Positions 37,012 through 51,019 of a DNA stretch of 64,000 nucleotides are shown in pieces (the first letter of the stretch is position 1; each line of letters begins with the position of its first letter). Made by a program: the position numbers and the translations under genes. The notes beneath the pieces were generated by a model, which was not told where the DNA came from, did not search any database, and was given only the letters and a program-made list of their open reading frames with translations. The DNA is from Geosiphon pyriformis uo1 (Eukaryota; Fungi; Glomeromycota), in NCBI GenBank assembly GCA_016748015.1, contig JAAOMT010000602.1:819696-883695 (forward strand). Direction: 5' to 3'.

Positions 37012-40000
37012 ACATTAAACTTTTGACTCAAGTATTTTTTCTATTTTATAACTGCCCAATAGATGGCTAAGTGTTCCAATGCTGGTGTTCCATAGTTCTT
37101 TTCAGCTGGATTTAAGCTTCTACTTGCATAAGCTACTGGATGTTTTTTTTTATTTGGTTTTTTCTGTGATAGTACTGCTCTCAATGCCTGGCCTGATGCA
37201 TTGGTGGTAATGATAAATAGTTTGTTGTAATCTGGATACATTAACACTAGAGCTTAAATAAGCTTTCTTCTCAGTATGTCAAATGCTTCTTGTTAAGCTT
37301 TTGTCCATTTATACTTTACATTCTTAGTTTGTAAGTGATAAAGTGGCTGGACCAGTTTAGAAAAGTCCTTAATGAAATGGCAATAATATCCAGCGAATCT
37401 CAAAAATGCTTTCAGTTCCATCAAGTTGGTTGGTACTGAAAAGTTTTTTACTATTGCAATTTTATCTGGATCTATTTTAATTCCGTTTTTGCTCACCACA
37501 TGTCCCAAAAACTTGAGTTCAGTTTTCTCAAAGAAACATTTAGTTGCATTTAGCTTTAATCCAGCTCTTCTTAGTCTTTCAAACACTTGTTGGAGATGAT
37601 GCAAATGGTCATCAAATGTTTTTGAAAACACATTGGTGTTATTTAAGTATACAACTACTGATTTCTATAGTAGCCCAGTATATACAATTTCCATTTGTCA
37701 TTGGAATGTCACTGGTGCATTTATCAAGCTGAATGGCATTATTTCAAATTCAAAATTCCCTTCTTATGTTGTGAAAGCTGTCTTCTCTTTATCTTCTGGT
37801 TTCATGGCTATTTGCCAGTAACCACTGTCTAAGTCTAATGTTAAGAACTATTTCTTTCCTCCAAAAGCATTAAAAAGTTTTTGGATCTTTGGAGTTGGGT
37901 AGCTGTCTCCTTTTATTACTTCATTTAGTTTTTGGTAATCCACACAAAAGCAGATTTTTTCATTCTTTTTATGGATTAGTACTACTGGTAATGATTATGG
38001 ACTCATTGATAGCTGAATTAGCCTGTTGTTAAGCATCCAATTGATTTCTTGATGGATGATCTCATGGCTAGCTGGTGGTACTTTGTATGGTCTCTGTTTA
38101 ATTGGCATTGCATCTTCAGTTTTGATTTGATGTTAGATGATATTAGTTCTGCCAAATTCATTTTCACTGGCAAAGATGTTATTAAAGTTGTTGAGCAACA
38201 TCTTGAGCTGTATACATTGAAATGGGTTCAAGTTTCCCATGTTTATCTGTTCTAACTATTCTGGTTGAAGCAGATAACATTCTTCTCATCCATATATTGT
38301 TTGTGATGTAATGTCTATATATCTGCACAGTTGTGGAAAGTCTGGAATAGTGTCTGAAAGTTGGTTTTCAATTTCTGTGGTCAAGTATCTGATGGTAGTT
38401 TCTGTTGGTATCTCGATGATATCTTCTGTATTGTTGTAAATAGAGATTTTAATGTAACTGTAGTTCTTTGCTAGTATGTATAAGTTAACTAAACCAATTC
38501 CTTCTGATTCACAAAGTGTTACTTCTGCCTCAAAAATCTGAACCTGATTCTTTACCTTTTTCTCTATGACTATCATGTACTGGTTATATGGTGGAATGGA
38601 AATTAGTTGACAAATGGAGATAATTTCTCCCTTGTCAATAATTTCTTCCTCTGTCATATTAACTGGTACATCTATTCTACCTGTTGATCCAAATCCTTGT
38701 ATTCTTCTAGCCATAATCCTTAACTTTTCCCTGTTTCCCACTAATATTAATTAAGCTATTTTTACCAAAGGCAGAAATATTGTCTGTGCTATTTTTTCAT
38801 TTGGCTCTATGACATAGGTCTTTTCTAAATTGTTTTGTAGTATTACAATGATATTTTTTATGTATTCTGCATCAATTATTCCTCTTCTAATGTTGATTCT
38901 TCTTTTCACTAAACTACTCCTAGATGCTAGTTGAATCATTGTTGTTGCTGGAATTTCTAATGCTATTTTGAAATCAATGCATATGTGTGAGTGTGGTTCT
39001 AATTTAATGACATCTTTTTCTGGATATCTCAGATCAAATCCGACATCAGTATTATGCACACATTCTGACATGATACCTTTATTGGTATTACTGAATCATT
39101 TAAGTTTCTGCTTCTTAGAGAGATCAAGAAGTGTAATATATGTTTCAGGATTTGAATCGGAGTCCAAATTATCGTAATTTTTGTTGCCATTTTAAATGGA
39201 GCTGGAACTATTATTTTTGTTGTTATCATTGTCAGAGTTTGAATTAGGATTAAAAGTTGATTTTGATTCTGATGTGCAGCTGCTGATTGGTTTTCCCTCT
39301 TTTGGGATCATGTAAATTATGTGTGTTGGTAGATTGTAAATAAAGTCACACTCATTATAATATTAAAAGTCACAGAGAATTAAGCAATATTAACATAATT
39401 GAGTATTCAATTGCTCTAAATGCTGCTCTTGTTTTTTTCTAGTGGGTGCTAAATTTTAATAGTACTCATGAAATTCTTCTGGGCCTGTTTCCAGGTCCAG
39501 AAAAACATCTGGGTTGGGAACCAATACAATGTTGACTGGTTCCGGAGGGTTGTTCTTTATTTCTCATATTTCGCTGGATGTGATGCCTTCTATTTTAACA
39601 TTTGCTATCTGTTAGATCTCATTTTCATTGTGTGGGTAACCATCCAAGCATAAGATTGCTTGGTGCCAGACAACAGTAACAGATGTTCCACAACTTATCC
39701 AGTCACTGATAAGAATTGTGTATTGGCATGAAGTGTCACACATTTTTTTTTGATCAGGAATATCATTCCACATTCCTTCATCAAGCAACTGTTCTCTATA
39801 AGCAAGACATAGTTTGTTGTTCTACTTGCTTTGTTGCTTTGGATAGCCATATTATTCTTTATGGCATGGCTTGCAGTAATAGTGAGTTCGCATCCAGTAA
39901 TCTTTGTCTGGTGCAATCTAAGCTCTCATAGAAGAAAGTTTCTTCCCACAGTCTTTGCATTTGAGAAGTATGTATGGTGGTTCCATTATTGGTTCCCATG

Positions 40001-43000
40001 AGTACTCTTTTTCCCAGCCACTAGTTATTTCTTCTGTAGTAGTGATTTCTTTGAATAGGTTTTCCTCTTTCCTTTTTCCTTTCTCTTTGTCAGTTTCTTT
40101 TCATTCTCAGGTTGGCAGTTTGTCTGAGCCATTGTTAGTTTTCTAGGTTTGGTTTGCATTTCAGCTAAGTTCTTTCTTTTGTGTTCTTTTTTGTTGTCAT
40201 CTCAAGAGAGTAGTGACAGTAGTTTGTTGTGGTCTTTGTCAGCTCATGACACTTGATAGGCTTCCCAAAAAAATTTGCTTATCTCTTCCTCAAGTTCTAT
40301 TAACAGTGTTGGTGCATTGGTGATCTTGAAATAATCACACGTTGCTGGTGTTTATGTATGTTGGCCATTTTGGCTGATTTGCAACTCTTGGGTGGTCCAG
40401 TCAAATGTTGTGTTGGTTTTGGACAGCCAATCATTCCCAACTAAAGCTTGATATTGGGTGGCTTCCATAACTAGTACTTTGATTGACACTATTATGCCAT
40501 TGACTTCTATTAAGAGGTCATTGATCTTGCCAATTGGAGTTTTGGTTGCTCCATTAGCAGTAATTATGTATGCACTGGCAGTGCAATCAACTCAGTGACC
40601 TAATTGGTTCATAAGTTGTCATGTAATGATGCTACCAGCTGATCCACTGTTTAGGATCAGTTTGATGACATGACCATTTACTTTTGCATTAGTGTACATG
40701 ACAGTAATTAGTTTGGTGTCAAAAGTGGCTCTACTGAATAATGGGACTGATGTGGTTTCCTTGAGTTCAAAAGAAAAAATAGCTGCTAGGGATTTGTCAT
40801 TGGAGATGGTTGCTGGTAGAATATTGCTAGTAAGTGACTGTTTTTGTTTGGGTTCCTGGTTGTTGAATGAGATGTCTTTTGGAGTAACCAGAAGACTTAA
40901 ATATTGTTGGGTATTCAGGTTTTGGGTGTATCTAGTACCCGAATTCTATTGTTAAGATCCTAATAGCTAAGTCGAGAAACTGGGGATCAGTTGATAAACT
41001 ACTATTGATGATCTCCAGCTCTGTTGTGTCAGTCTTGGCCTTTGGATTCTGTTTTGAGGTAAGTTTTGTGGTAGTGTTTGAATTTGTTGAGGTTGATAGA
41101 TTACTTGAAACTGCAGCTAATAGATAGGCTGAGACTGCAGTTAATAAATTATGGGTGTTGTCAACTAATAAACTGGTAGTTGATAGATTGGCTGTTGTGT
41201 CATAAGTAGGTAATTCAGTTGATATTGTTTCAGTAATTGATTACTGATATAATTCTGTAATTGTAGTCGAAAATTGGAGTTTCAATACTAATTAGCTGAT
41301 CTTAGGTTGCTTATCTTTTTTTGGCATTCAAATTGCAAATGTTCTTGTTTACCACAATAGTGGCATACATGCATTTCCTGTTGCCATGATTGATTGGTTG
41401 ATGATGCTAGATGCAATTGATTTTGGGTGTGATTTGAGTTTCTTTGATTGTTGCATTGTTGAGGAGGTTGATAAATTGCATAATTGTCAGCTAAGTACTC
41501 TTCTAATTTCTGATTGATTGAATCACTGAATTATTTTAGTTTAGAATTCAATTCAGATGATTTGTTCATTACTAGATTTACGGCTTGGGCATAGTTTGCT
41601 TTGAGTTCAGCCAATTCAAAATCTCTGGTGTTTGTAACTGCAGCTTGAAAGTCTGCTGAATGCATTGAACATATATGCTAGAAGATGCTACTGTACAGTC
41701 CTCTAATAAATTGATTCAGAATTTGTGGCACTGTAAAATAATCAGCCTATATGGCCTGGATTTGGTGCAAATTTTTGTGAAAGCATCCTAAGTAAGTGGT
41801 AACTGCTTCATTTTCTCCTTGTTTAATAGTGGTGAAGGTGTTGGCTAGGCAATTAATACTGTTATTATTACTGAAATATTCCAAGAATGCAATTTTAAAT
41901 TCCTAGAATGTTTGTGGTTTAGTGGTCAGACTTTGATACCACAAATTGGCAGTATCCTGTAAGAAATATGAAATGATCTGTAAGGCTCTTGTGTCATTCC
42001 ATCCATTGGCTGTAATGGCTTTTTCAACATTGTTGAGCCATATTTGTGCGTCATCCTCTTCTTCTGTGAATTTCTCAAGTTTTGTTATTGGTGTAGGCCA
42101 TTGAATCCACATTTAATTGTTGTGATAGTTGAAATAGTTGTTGTAATAGCTGCTGTAGTGGTATTTGCTGCTGTTAAATTGGTTTAATGGGTGGCTGGTC
42201 AATGACAATTACTGGAAGTAAGTTTTGCTGAATAATTAACTCAGGGTTTGGATTGTCCTGATTTGGCAGTGCTTAAATATTCGGAGTTCTGATTTCTGGA
42301 TTTTCCAAGTTTAGATGTTGCTGAGTTTAAAGACTTAGGATTTCAACTTCCAGGTTTTTAAGGATTGGGTTCTGGTAAGTAAATTCTTGATCTTTAAATT
42401 TTTCTTCCTCTTCTTCCTGTTCTTCTTCTGATTCTGTTATTTCCCAATAACTTGTGGTTCTAAAATCTGATTGGAATAGTGGGGATTGAAATTCTGATGG
42501 CATTGGTGATTGTGACTTAAATCCTTCAAAATACGTGCCATATGGTCCTAGAAGATTTTCTTTTCTTTGTTTACTCTGAAATGTGAATTGTCCGAATGTT
42601 GATGTCATGATTAATGTGAACATGTCTGTTGATGTGATGTTGATGGCACTTCTTGGTGTATAGTAGTATAATAAATTTGTTGGTGATTCTATTCTTGTTT
42701 TCTTCCAAGTTAATAGTTGTATTCTTTTGGGTGTTACTGCTGGTGTTTGTAACTTTCCTTTGTCTTTGTCTGCATAGATAATAGGAAATTGTTGTTAAGT
42801 GTATCTTTCAATGATTTGGTTAATTTTTTTGATGATTGATGTGAAACTGTGATTTCTTGGTAAGCTGGTATGTTGAAATAATTCTGTATAGAAGTTTTCT
42901 CTTGCTAATTTAATGTTAACTGTTCTTCCTAAACAGTCTGTAATCTTTTTATTGACATAAAAGTTGAAAACAGATTCTGCTAGGTAGTGGTTGTTGGTTA

Positions 43001-43145
43001 AGCCCAATTGTTGGCTGTACTGTTGAAATAAGAATTTGGCAAATCCTAAATGGTTTGTTTCTATAATTTCTGATTCTGCCACTTTTGGATGGTTATTGGC
43101 TGGTACTGGTTCTCTGTAGAATTATATCTCACAGGAAGCACCAAA

Positions 43146-44046
43146 TATTACAGATGATTATTTGGGATCTCAAATCAAATAACAAACCCATAACTTGGTG
43201 CTCAATTAATAGTGTTGTTAGTAATATCTGAAAGTGTTGTTTATCTGAAGGTTTTGTTGTGGAGTCTTTTGTATAATAGACAGAGATTCAATAGTTGTCT
43301 TTCTAGTAGCCTTCTGGAATTGTAATTCCATCAAATTTCTTTTTCAGCATGGTAGCTGGTAATCTTGGCAGAAATGCTCTTTTGGTAAGCTATCCTTAAA
43401 TTCTCAATTCTTATACCCTTCCTTTGGGGTTTTTTACTAGGCTATCCATGACATCAATAACTCAGCACTTAATCTTCAAGTAATTAGTAAAACAAAAGAG
43501 ATAACAGAAATAAAAGAAATTTAAAAGAAATAAGCTAAGGCAATGAATGTTAGTATTCCGTCAATAACCATAATCAAGAGCTATTGGTCTAATGTAGTTA
43601 AGTATTAATTACTATCAACACTTTATGTTGATAGTAGAGAATGAATTTGGAATTGTGAGAATAATTATTTATTTGATATTTATAAGTTGGAAGGTTGCTA
43701 GATTAAATCTAAACTGAAAGATTTCTAACTAAAAGGATTCTGCTCCTTTTTGCTTCTAATACTACTGCTATATATACATAATTGAGATTCCTCAATTTCT
43801 CAATTTTTCACACCAGGAATCCTGGAATTCCTGTAATTTTGCAATTCTTTTTGAGAGAAATCCTGGAATTCTGGAATCCTGTAATTTTTTGTATGAGAAT
43901 CCTGAAATTCCTGGAATTCTGCGATTCCTCTTGAGAAGAATCCTGCAATTCCTCTTGAAAGGAATTCTGGAATTCCATATTTACTATGGTTACTTCTAAT
44001 TGGCTAATTCATATGCTAATATACTCCCTATATTCTATGAGTAACA
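43146..44046 (-). repeat. 5' LTR of element B
   Basis: Direct repeat of 16230-17106 with adjacent PBS TGGTGCTTCCTGTGAG. Confidence 0.93.
43760..44010 (-). promoter_or_regulatory. Putative U3 promoter: CCAAT box, GGAATTC/GGAATCC array, TATA box
   Basis: Same order in all four LTRs of the family (also about 16850-17070, 27030-27205 and 55785-55980). Confidence 0.55.
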
Positions 44047-45936
44047 ACAGCAAATAAAATTAACTATTACCAAGACTGTTTTTTTTTGTTATTAAAAATT
44101 AAAACTGTCTTATTAATTTAATTCTTAAAAACAAAACTTTTATACAAAATTATATATATGCTAATATTTAATATATATAATAAAAAAATCTAAAATACTA
44201 AAAATATTAAAAAAAACCAAAGCTTTTACCAAAAATTTTTACAATTTAACATATTTCAGCAAAATTTTAAAGCATATAAAAGCATTTTTTAAACAAATAA
44301 AACTGTAATCTGGCAGTTCAATATTATTATATAATAAACACAAAATGCTTGAATAATTTTTATTATAAAACTTTTTTTTAACTACAACTGGTAATTTTTT
44401 ATGAACTGTTTTTATTAAATATATATAAAATATAGCTGAAGCCTTATTTGTAAATTCAAAAAGCATATAAAAATCAAAATACTAAACTATAGTAATATAA
44501 ATTCAATCTATTTTGCAAATAAATAATTTATCAACAACTTCAAAGTTTGAATTTACTTTTTACTAAAAATAATAAACAGTTTAATAAATATTGTAAACAA
44601 AATGATAAATATTATTCAAAATAATCAGACTATCAACTATAATAAACTTTTTATATATATTAATAGAAAGAACTACATAAGACCATATTGTATTACCAGC
44701 AAAAATATTGGTCTAATTATTGCCAAAATCTTCTAAGTAGTCTTTAATTTTTATTTATTATACAAAAATATTTTTTAATTTAATTAAATTAATTATATGA
44801 TGTTTTTTTATTCAATATTTGTTTTAAAAATCTGGTAAATACTGCTTAAGTTCTAAAACATAGTATTTATAATAGTTTGGCTGTCCATATATAAGTTTAT
44901 TGAACAAAATAAAAGAATACATTTATAGCCAAAATAATTGTCTGTAATTTAGTTATTGTTAAAGACAACAACTCATAAATCTTAATATTTACATTTATCT
45001 TAATATTAAAGAAGTAAATTATGACTTTACCAATTACTTTTATACTACCCAAATTTTTTAATAAACTATTAATATAAACATTAATTATTTTTGCTTATAT
45101 TTTATTTAAATGTTCTAAATAGTTGAAAATTCTTTCAAGCACAAAAAGTTTAAACAATTAGACTTAAAAACAAATCTGTAAAGTTTAATAGAAAAGTTAT
45201 CTATATAAATCACAGTTTTTTAAATCATAATAATACTAGATTTCTAAAACTCAGTCTTTTTTAATAATAAAACATTTTTTAATTTATAGCCAATTCATGT
45301 TTATCCAATAATCTGTTTTCAAAAACAATATTTAAGTATTTTAAAAAACAAACCATATTAAAATAATAAAATTTTTTTAAGATCTTAAATATTAAAGAAC
45401 TTAAATACATTAAGCAATTTGTTTACTAGAAAAAATTTATTGTCCAAAAAAATTTTTATAACACCCACTAAAAAATTGTTAACTGGATTGACTTTTAAAT
45501 TGGCTGTATACTAAATTTATAGGTGTCTACCTTATAATTTGTAAATCTAAAAAAACAGCCAACTAAGAATACCTGCAGCATTAGCAAATATAATCATTAA
45601 AACCACTTTGTTTTCTGTTTGTATTTGTTTAAAAGATTTTAATTTATATAATAATAAGTGATATAAAACATTATTAAAAATTTTTTTTAGTAAATTGGCT
45701 TTAAATTTAAGTTTTTTTTCATTAATGCATCTTACTTTTAACATATATTTATTAACACAAAACTAAATTGTATGCAATAATTAATAATAGATTATAAAAC
45801 TACTAAGACCAAATAAAAAAATTGTTTGTCTAATAATATTTTCTTAAAAACCATATATGAAAAAAACTTGATATTTATATATGTTTTGACAAGACTTAGT
45901 TTGAATATATTATCTATTAACAAAAAAATTCCTAAA
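44047..45936 (-). mobile_element. Old degenerate LINE ORF2 segment (post-RT region)
   Basis: Remnant LKFKANLLK.IFNNVLYH.LLYKLKSFKQIQTE parallels 48080-48283. Confidence 0.75.
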
Positions 45937-46060
45937 TTTTTTTTTTATTATAAGTTTTATAAGTGCAGCCCAATTACATAAAATCAAAACAGAATCTAAA
46001 TTAAGCATGACTCATGCCTTTTTTACATGTGACCAGTCACTTGGACCAATCAAAACAGCA

Positions 46061-49000
46061 CTACACACCTAGATTTCTTATCATAAGAACATTATTCAAG
46101 AAACCAAAATCTGACTTGGTTAGACACGAATGCAACCCAAAACACACATAAATACCTAACTTAAAACCAAAATCCCAGATTGTTCTAGTAAACCATATGA
46201 AAGACAAACCAGACACTGAAAGAACAGAAAAACTGTTACATGGCAAGAGCTTATGCTTCTTATAATAAGATCTCAACTTAGCCATAGGCAGCCAAATGGC
46301 AGACCTGTAACTTTTAGCAAAACAACAAACAAAATTAATAACCAATGCATCTTTACCAAAATCAGCACCCAAATGGTTTACTGTGTTAGCCACCCAACTC
46401 TTCAACACAAAACTCTTAGCCAGCACTATATACAAGTTGATAGAAGAAACAGCCTCATACAGCAAATCAGTGATCGCATTCTGGAAGACAAACCAAACAC
46501 TGAAAGAACAGAAGAACTGTTACGTAGCAGGAGCTTATGCTTCTCATAATAGGATCTTAACTTAACCATAGGCAGCCAAATGGCAAACCTGTAACTTTCA
46601 GCAAAACAACAAACAAAATTAATAACCAATGCACCTTCACCAAAATCAGCACCCAAATAGTTTACTGTGTCAGCCACCCAACTTTTCAACACAAAACTCT
46701 TAGCCAGCACTGTATACAAGTTGATAGAAAAAACAGCCTCATACAGCAAATCAGTAATCACATTTTCATTGGCAGAAACTTCCAGCAATGCATTTCATTT
46801 CAAAATAGCATTAAACAATAAGGTTTTTCGAATATTGACATTATGAGTGCAAGAAAACACATAATCAGAGTCCTCTACCAAACCATACTGAATAAAGACA
46901 ATACTCAGATAATTTGGATTATACAATTTTTTTCTTTTGGCCACTGGCAAGTGGTAGTGAAGTGCCTTCATGAAGTATAATTGAAGTGTTACCAATGCAG
47001 TATTAATGTAGCCAAATTTGATTTTGCCATTAGGATGCCAAACACAAAAGGTCCTAGTCTTATCAAAATGGTCACAGAGACCTACACTAATAATGTTACT
47101 AACACATTTGGTCTCCCAATCAACAGAGTAAACTGCATTAAATAATTTCTTAACAATGTGACAAGTATTTCCAAAAACAGGTCTGTTTTCAACATTGAGA
47201 AAATAATAAGGAACTACAAAAGGCAGAAAAGACTTAGAGGTAACAGTAGTGTTAGCTTAGAAATTGACATGTTCATTTCCAACAACACCAGAATGACTTT
47301 TGACTTTGTTTCAAGTAACTAACAAACCCTTTTTGGAAATAACATGACAAATATGCTCCTTCTTAATCCAGCATTTGTTACAAAAGTCAGAACCAAACAT
47401 ACTACTGCTGGAGTTGCACATGTCCAGCAAGGCTTGGCAAATTAACAGATTGAGAAGCAGGCACACACTCCAAAACAAGTGCAATGGCCTGTAGTTTCAC
47501 CAGAATAGAAAACAGCAGTTCATCCACCTTAATCCTAACACTAGCATTCACATCTAGAAAGTAAGTGACAGCATCACCACAAGCACCTAACAAACCAAAA
47601 TCTTTAATAGAACCATCTGTATAGATGGTTACAAAACCCAACCCAGAACTCAGTAAACACTTGTTAATGTAACTAAAGTCACAAAGAGAATCAGTAAGAA
47701 CTGAACAAAGAGACAATAGCATACTATTTGACAATCTACTCCTATTGACAAATTTGACCAAAAAAACAAACCAGATAGGAACCAGGCCTCTAGAATCCAG
47801 CTTTTTCCACCTACAAAAAGTGTTCTACATAAAACATTTGCCATGTCTGTCTAAAAACTGGTTTGCAAACACAATACCATATCTTTTAAGAGACTTTACC
47901 ATGCTCAAATAAGACTCAAAACTGAGTACATCCAAGACTGCAATATCATTCCTGGCCCGAAAAACATCAGACAGATTACTGCTCAATGATAAGTTGCACA
48001 ATTTGAAAGCATGTGTTGCACCAGCCAAAAAACAATTTGTGGGATCAATCAACAACTTAATCAGAACTCAAAGGGGGTGTCAGGGCATCCAGCTAGCAGC
48101 CTGCAACTCTATGGCTTTGTGCTCAAATAATTCACTAAGAATTCTGTAAGCATTAGTGAACACAACTAAGCCAGCCAATAGATTCTCAGTTAGTACTTGT
48201 TCAAAAGTTTTCAAACCATATAGCTTTAGATGATACAAAGCCTCATTCAGAAAATTCTTGAGTAGATTGGCCTTGAGCTTCAATTCCTTCCTTAATATTT
48301 TGTTCTATTTCTCACATACACTCTTGGAAACACAACTGAACTGTAATCTATAACCAATAATAGACTGCAGAACAACAGAAACCAAATATAAAAACTACTT
48401 TTCAGTGATGGCTTTCTTTAAAACCACATTTGAAAAAAACTTGATATCTGAATGAACTTTGGCCAAACTTGGCTTCAATAAGCCATTCATAAAAAGAAAA
48501 ATCCTTAAGTATTGGTAGAATCCATTTTTTTTGGCAATAGAAATTTCAGAGCCACTAATGAACAGTAAAACCTCTCTGGCCCTTTGATTAATAAGAATAA
48601 CAATCATTTTGTCTGTGTTAATAGCAATGTTATTGATTGAAAAAAATTCATTTGCAATGTTCAAAATGTGTTGTGTGACTGTCAGGCAGTTCCCAACCCA
48701 AATAGTGTTATCCACAAAAGCACCAGCCACAAAAAAGAAAGTTCTGCTACTTTTAGGGTCAGCTTTACCAGACTTTGTAAAAAACTTTGAATCCAATCTA
48801 TAACTACATAATTGCTTATGTCTTTTGACTTCACAAAGCAGAGGATCATAAAAAATTCTCCACAGCAATGATAAAAAAACTTCCCTTTAATCCAACTCAT
48901 CATGAACTATGTATCTATCAGTAAATCCAAAATCCATTATTATCTGGTTGGTCTGATTATTGTGTATGCTTCCAAAAAACTTAATAAAATAGAAACACAT

Positions 49001-51017
49001 CTTGATCCTAGTTAAACTGTTTCACAAATGAGGCCATCCAACTAAGTTGTAAGCTTTTCACATATCTTGAAGTACCAGCCACAGCTCTCTGTTCTTTTCA
49101 AGTGCATCTTTAATAATAGAACCAATGATAAAAATCAGAATTTGAGTAGATGTGCCCTTCAAAACTGAGAAATTATCTCCATAGAGAACATTAAACTTAC
49201 TGCAAGCCAGAGATATCCTGTCAGAAAAAATCTTAGACAGTATCTTTCTGGCTGTCCCAACTAAAGCTATAGGTTTGGTATTGGTAAATATACTTTCTCA
49301 ATCATATGGCTTTGGTATTATGGAAATCCAGGCTTGCTTCTATTGCAAAGGAACTGCACCCAACTTTAAACACACATTAAGAACGTCCAACAAACTACCC
49401 AGAACCTGAGTATCTCCATGCTTCCAAAGCTCATTAAGAATACCAGAAATGCCAGCAGTCTTCTTATTAAGCAGTTCTTTGACCACTAAGAGAAACTCAT
49501 CCAATCCAATTACTTTTATAATATCTGAAAATGCATTATTACAAATATAGTTTAAGGAAGCATACTGATTAAACCAATAAACAGACAGAGAATTGGGAGC
49601 AACTTGTTTTCTTGTCTATTTTTCTATGATAACATCAATAGTGAATTTTACTTCCTTAGGTTCCAAAATTAATTCATCATTCACTATTAGATGATCTAAC
49701 ACCACCTTCCTAAATGGCCTTTCCAAAACACTTTTGATCATATGTTTTTTGTTGAAGCTAAAGTTTTTCATATATTTGTTTATTGCTTTTCTAATTGAAA
49801 TGTCTTTAATAACCCTAAACTCATAATATTTAGACTTTTGTACAATTTTTTGACTCCTAACAGATGCTGTAAAATGCTCTCTCTGTTCTCACTATTATCA
49901 AACATTGTATATGCTTTGGAGGCCTCCTTACCATTGAGAGTAGATCACACATCAAAGAGGTGAATGGTTTTTGATTCTTAATCTGAGCTTAAACACTTTA
50001 CCAACTTGGCCACCAACAATTTTAACTTAAAAAACTTTGAAAACTGCTTATTTTTTGAACAATTAAACTTACTAAACCACTGTCTAGAAAACACACTATC
50101 AGCTAAGCCTATAACCATCTCTTTAAAGATTTCCCATATAGCATCCAAATTTCTATTATTCTTTGTATTATTGAACATATTCATATTTTCCAACAACTTA
50201 ACTAACGAATGTTCCCTAAAGTGCAACCACTTATCAGCATTTACATCCTTAATCTTGAACTTCCACTTATCTTTATTAGTCTGTATACAAACACCATTGA
50301 GCCAGGTATCTAAGAAACTCCTTAGACTAACTAAAACCAAAACAGCATTATGATTAGTGTCAAAAAAATCAGAAACAGAAACAACTTTATGACCAGCCAC
50401 TGTAGACAACAAACTTTTGTTTACAAAAATGTAGTCAATAATCTTCTTAGCACCCTGTGAATTGCCTCAAGTGAAAGCTTTAATCAAAAAGTGTCTACCA
50501 AAAGAATTGACCAATCCTAAATTCAAGTAGAACTTAAAACTAACACTTTTTCTAGATCTATTCTCATTGAAATTTTCACTTAGAACTGCAAATGTGAAGA
50601 AATTAACAGTTTTAACAATAAGAGAGTTGATTTCACAAGCTTGGCCAAACCTGGTCTTAGCAGAAGCACCAACGTATAGGCCCAAAATCACTACTAATAT
50701 CTTGCCCTTAAAAAAGAGCTAAACAAAAATAAGATAACCAGAAATCTTTTTAACCTTAAAAACATAATATGCAAGAAAATTGTTCATAATAATCACCACC
50801 CCAGCACCAAAAAACCCTTTGTCCAAACTGGAAAAGAATATTCTCACCTCATCGAACTTGTTCATAATCTATGGCCTAATACTAGACTTTAATTTTGTTT
50901 CCATAATAATAGAAACCATACTTCCAGATTTCACATGTCAACAACAACGTCTGTTTACTTGGCAGAGACATTAATACTATGAACATTGTATATTGCAAAT
51001 TTTCAAACCAGATCCAT
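46061..51017 (-). pseudogene. LINE ORF2: APE endonuclease, RT, RNase H, Cys/His tail
   Basis: MDLV(W)KFA.(C)NV..IN, IDYIF, VLQDM.KAY, GAFVD(D)TIW, IYTDGS, KVKSHSGVVGNE. ATG lies 2 nt after the ORF1 stop. Confidence 0.88.
46199..46764. repeat. Tandem duplication of about 283 bp in the 3' part of ORF2
   Basis: aagacaaacca(g/a)acactgaaagaacagaa...cagcaaatcagt(g/a)atc(g/a)catt occurs twice, head to tail. Confidence 0.92.
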
Positions 51018-51019
51018 TA

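Larger units (their letters stand above)
16230..44046 (-). mobile_element. Ty3/Gypsy element B (outer element) carrying nested insertions
   Basis: Matching LTRs 16230-17106 and 43146-44046. TSD ACAG at 16226-16229 and 44047-44050. PBS next to 43145, PPT at about 17107-17121. gag-PR-dUTPase-RT-RH remnants at 43082-37012. Confidence 0.92.
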
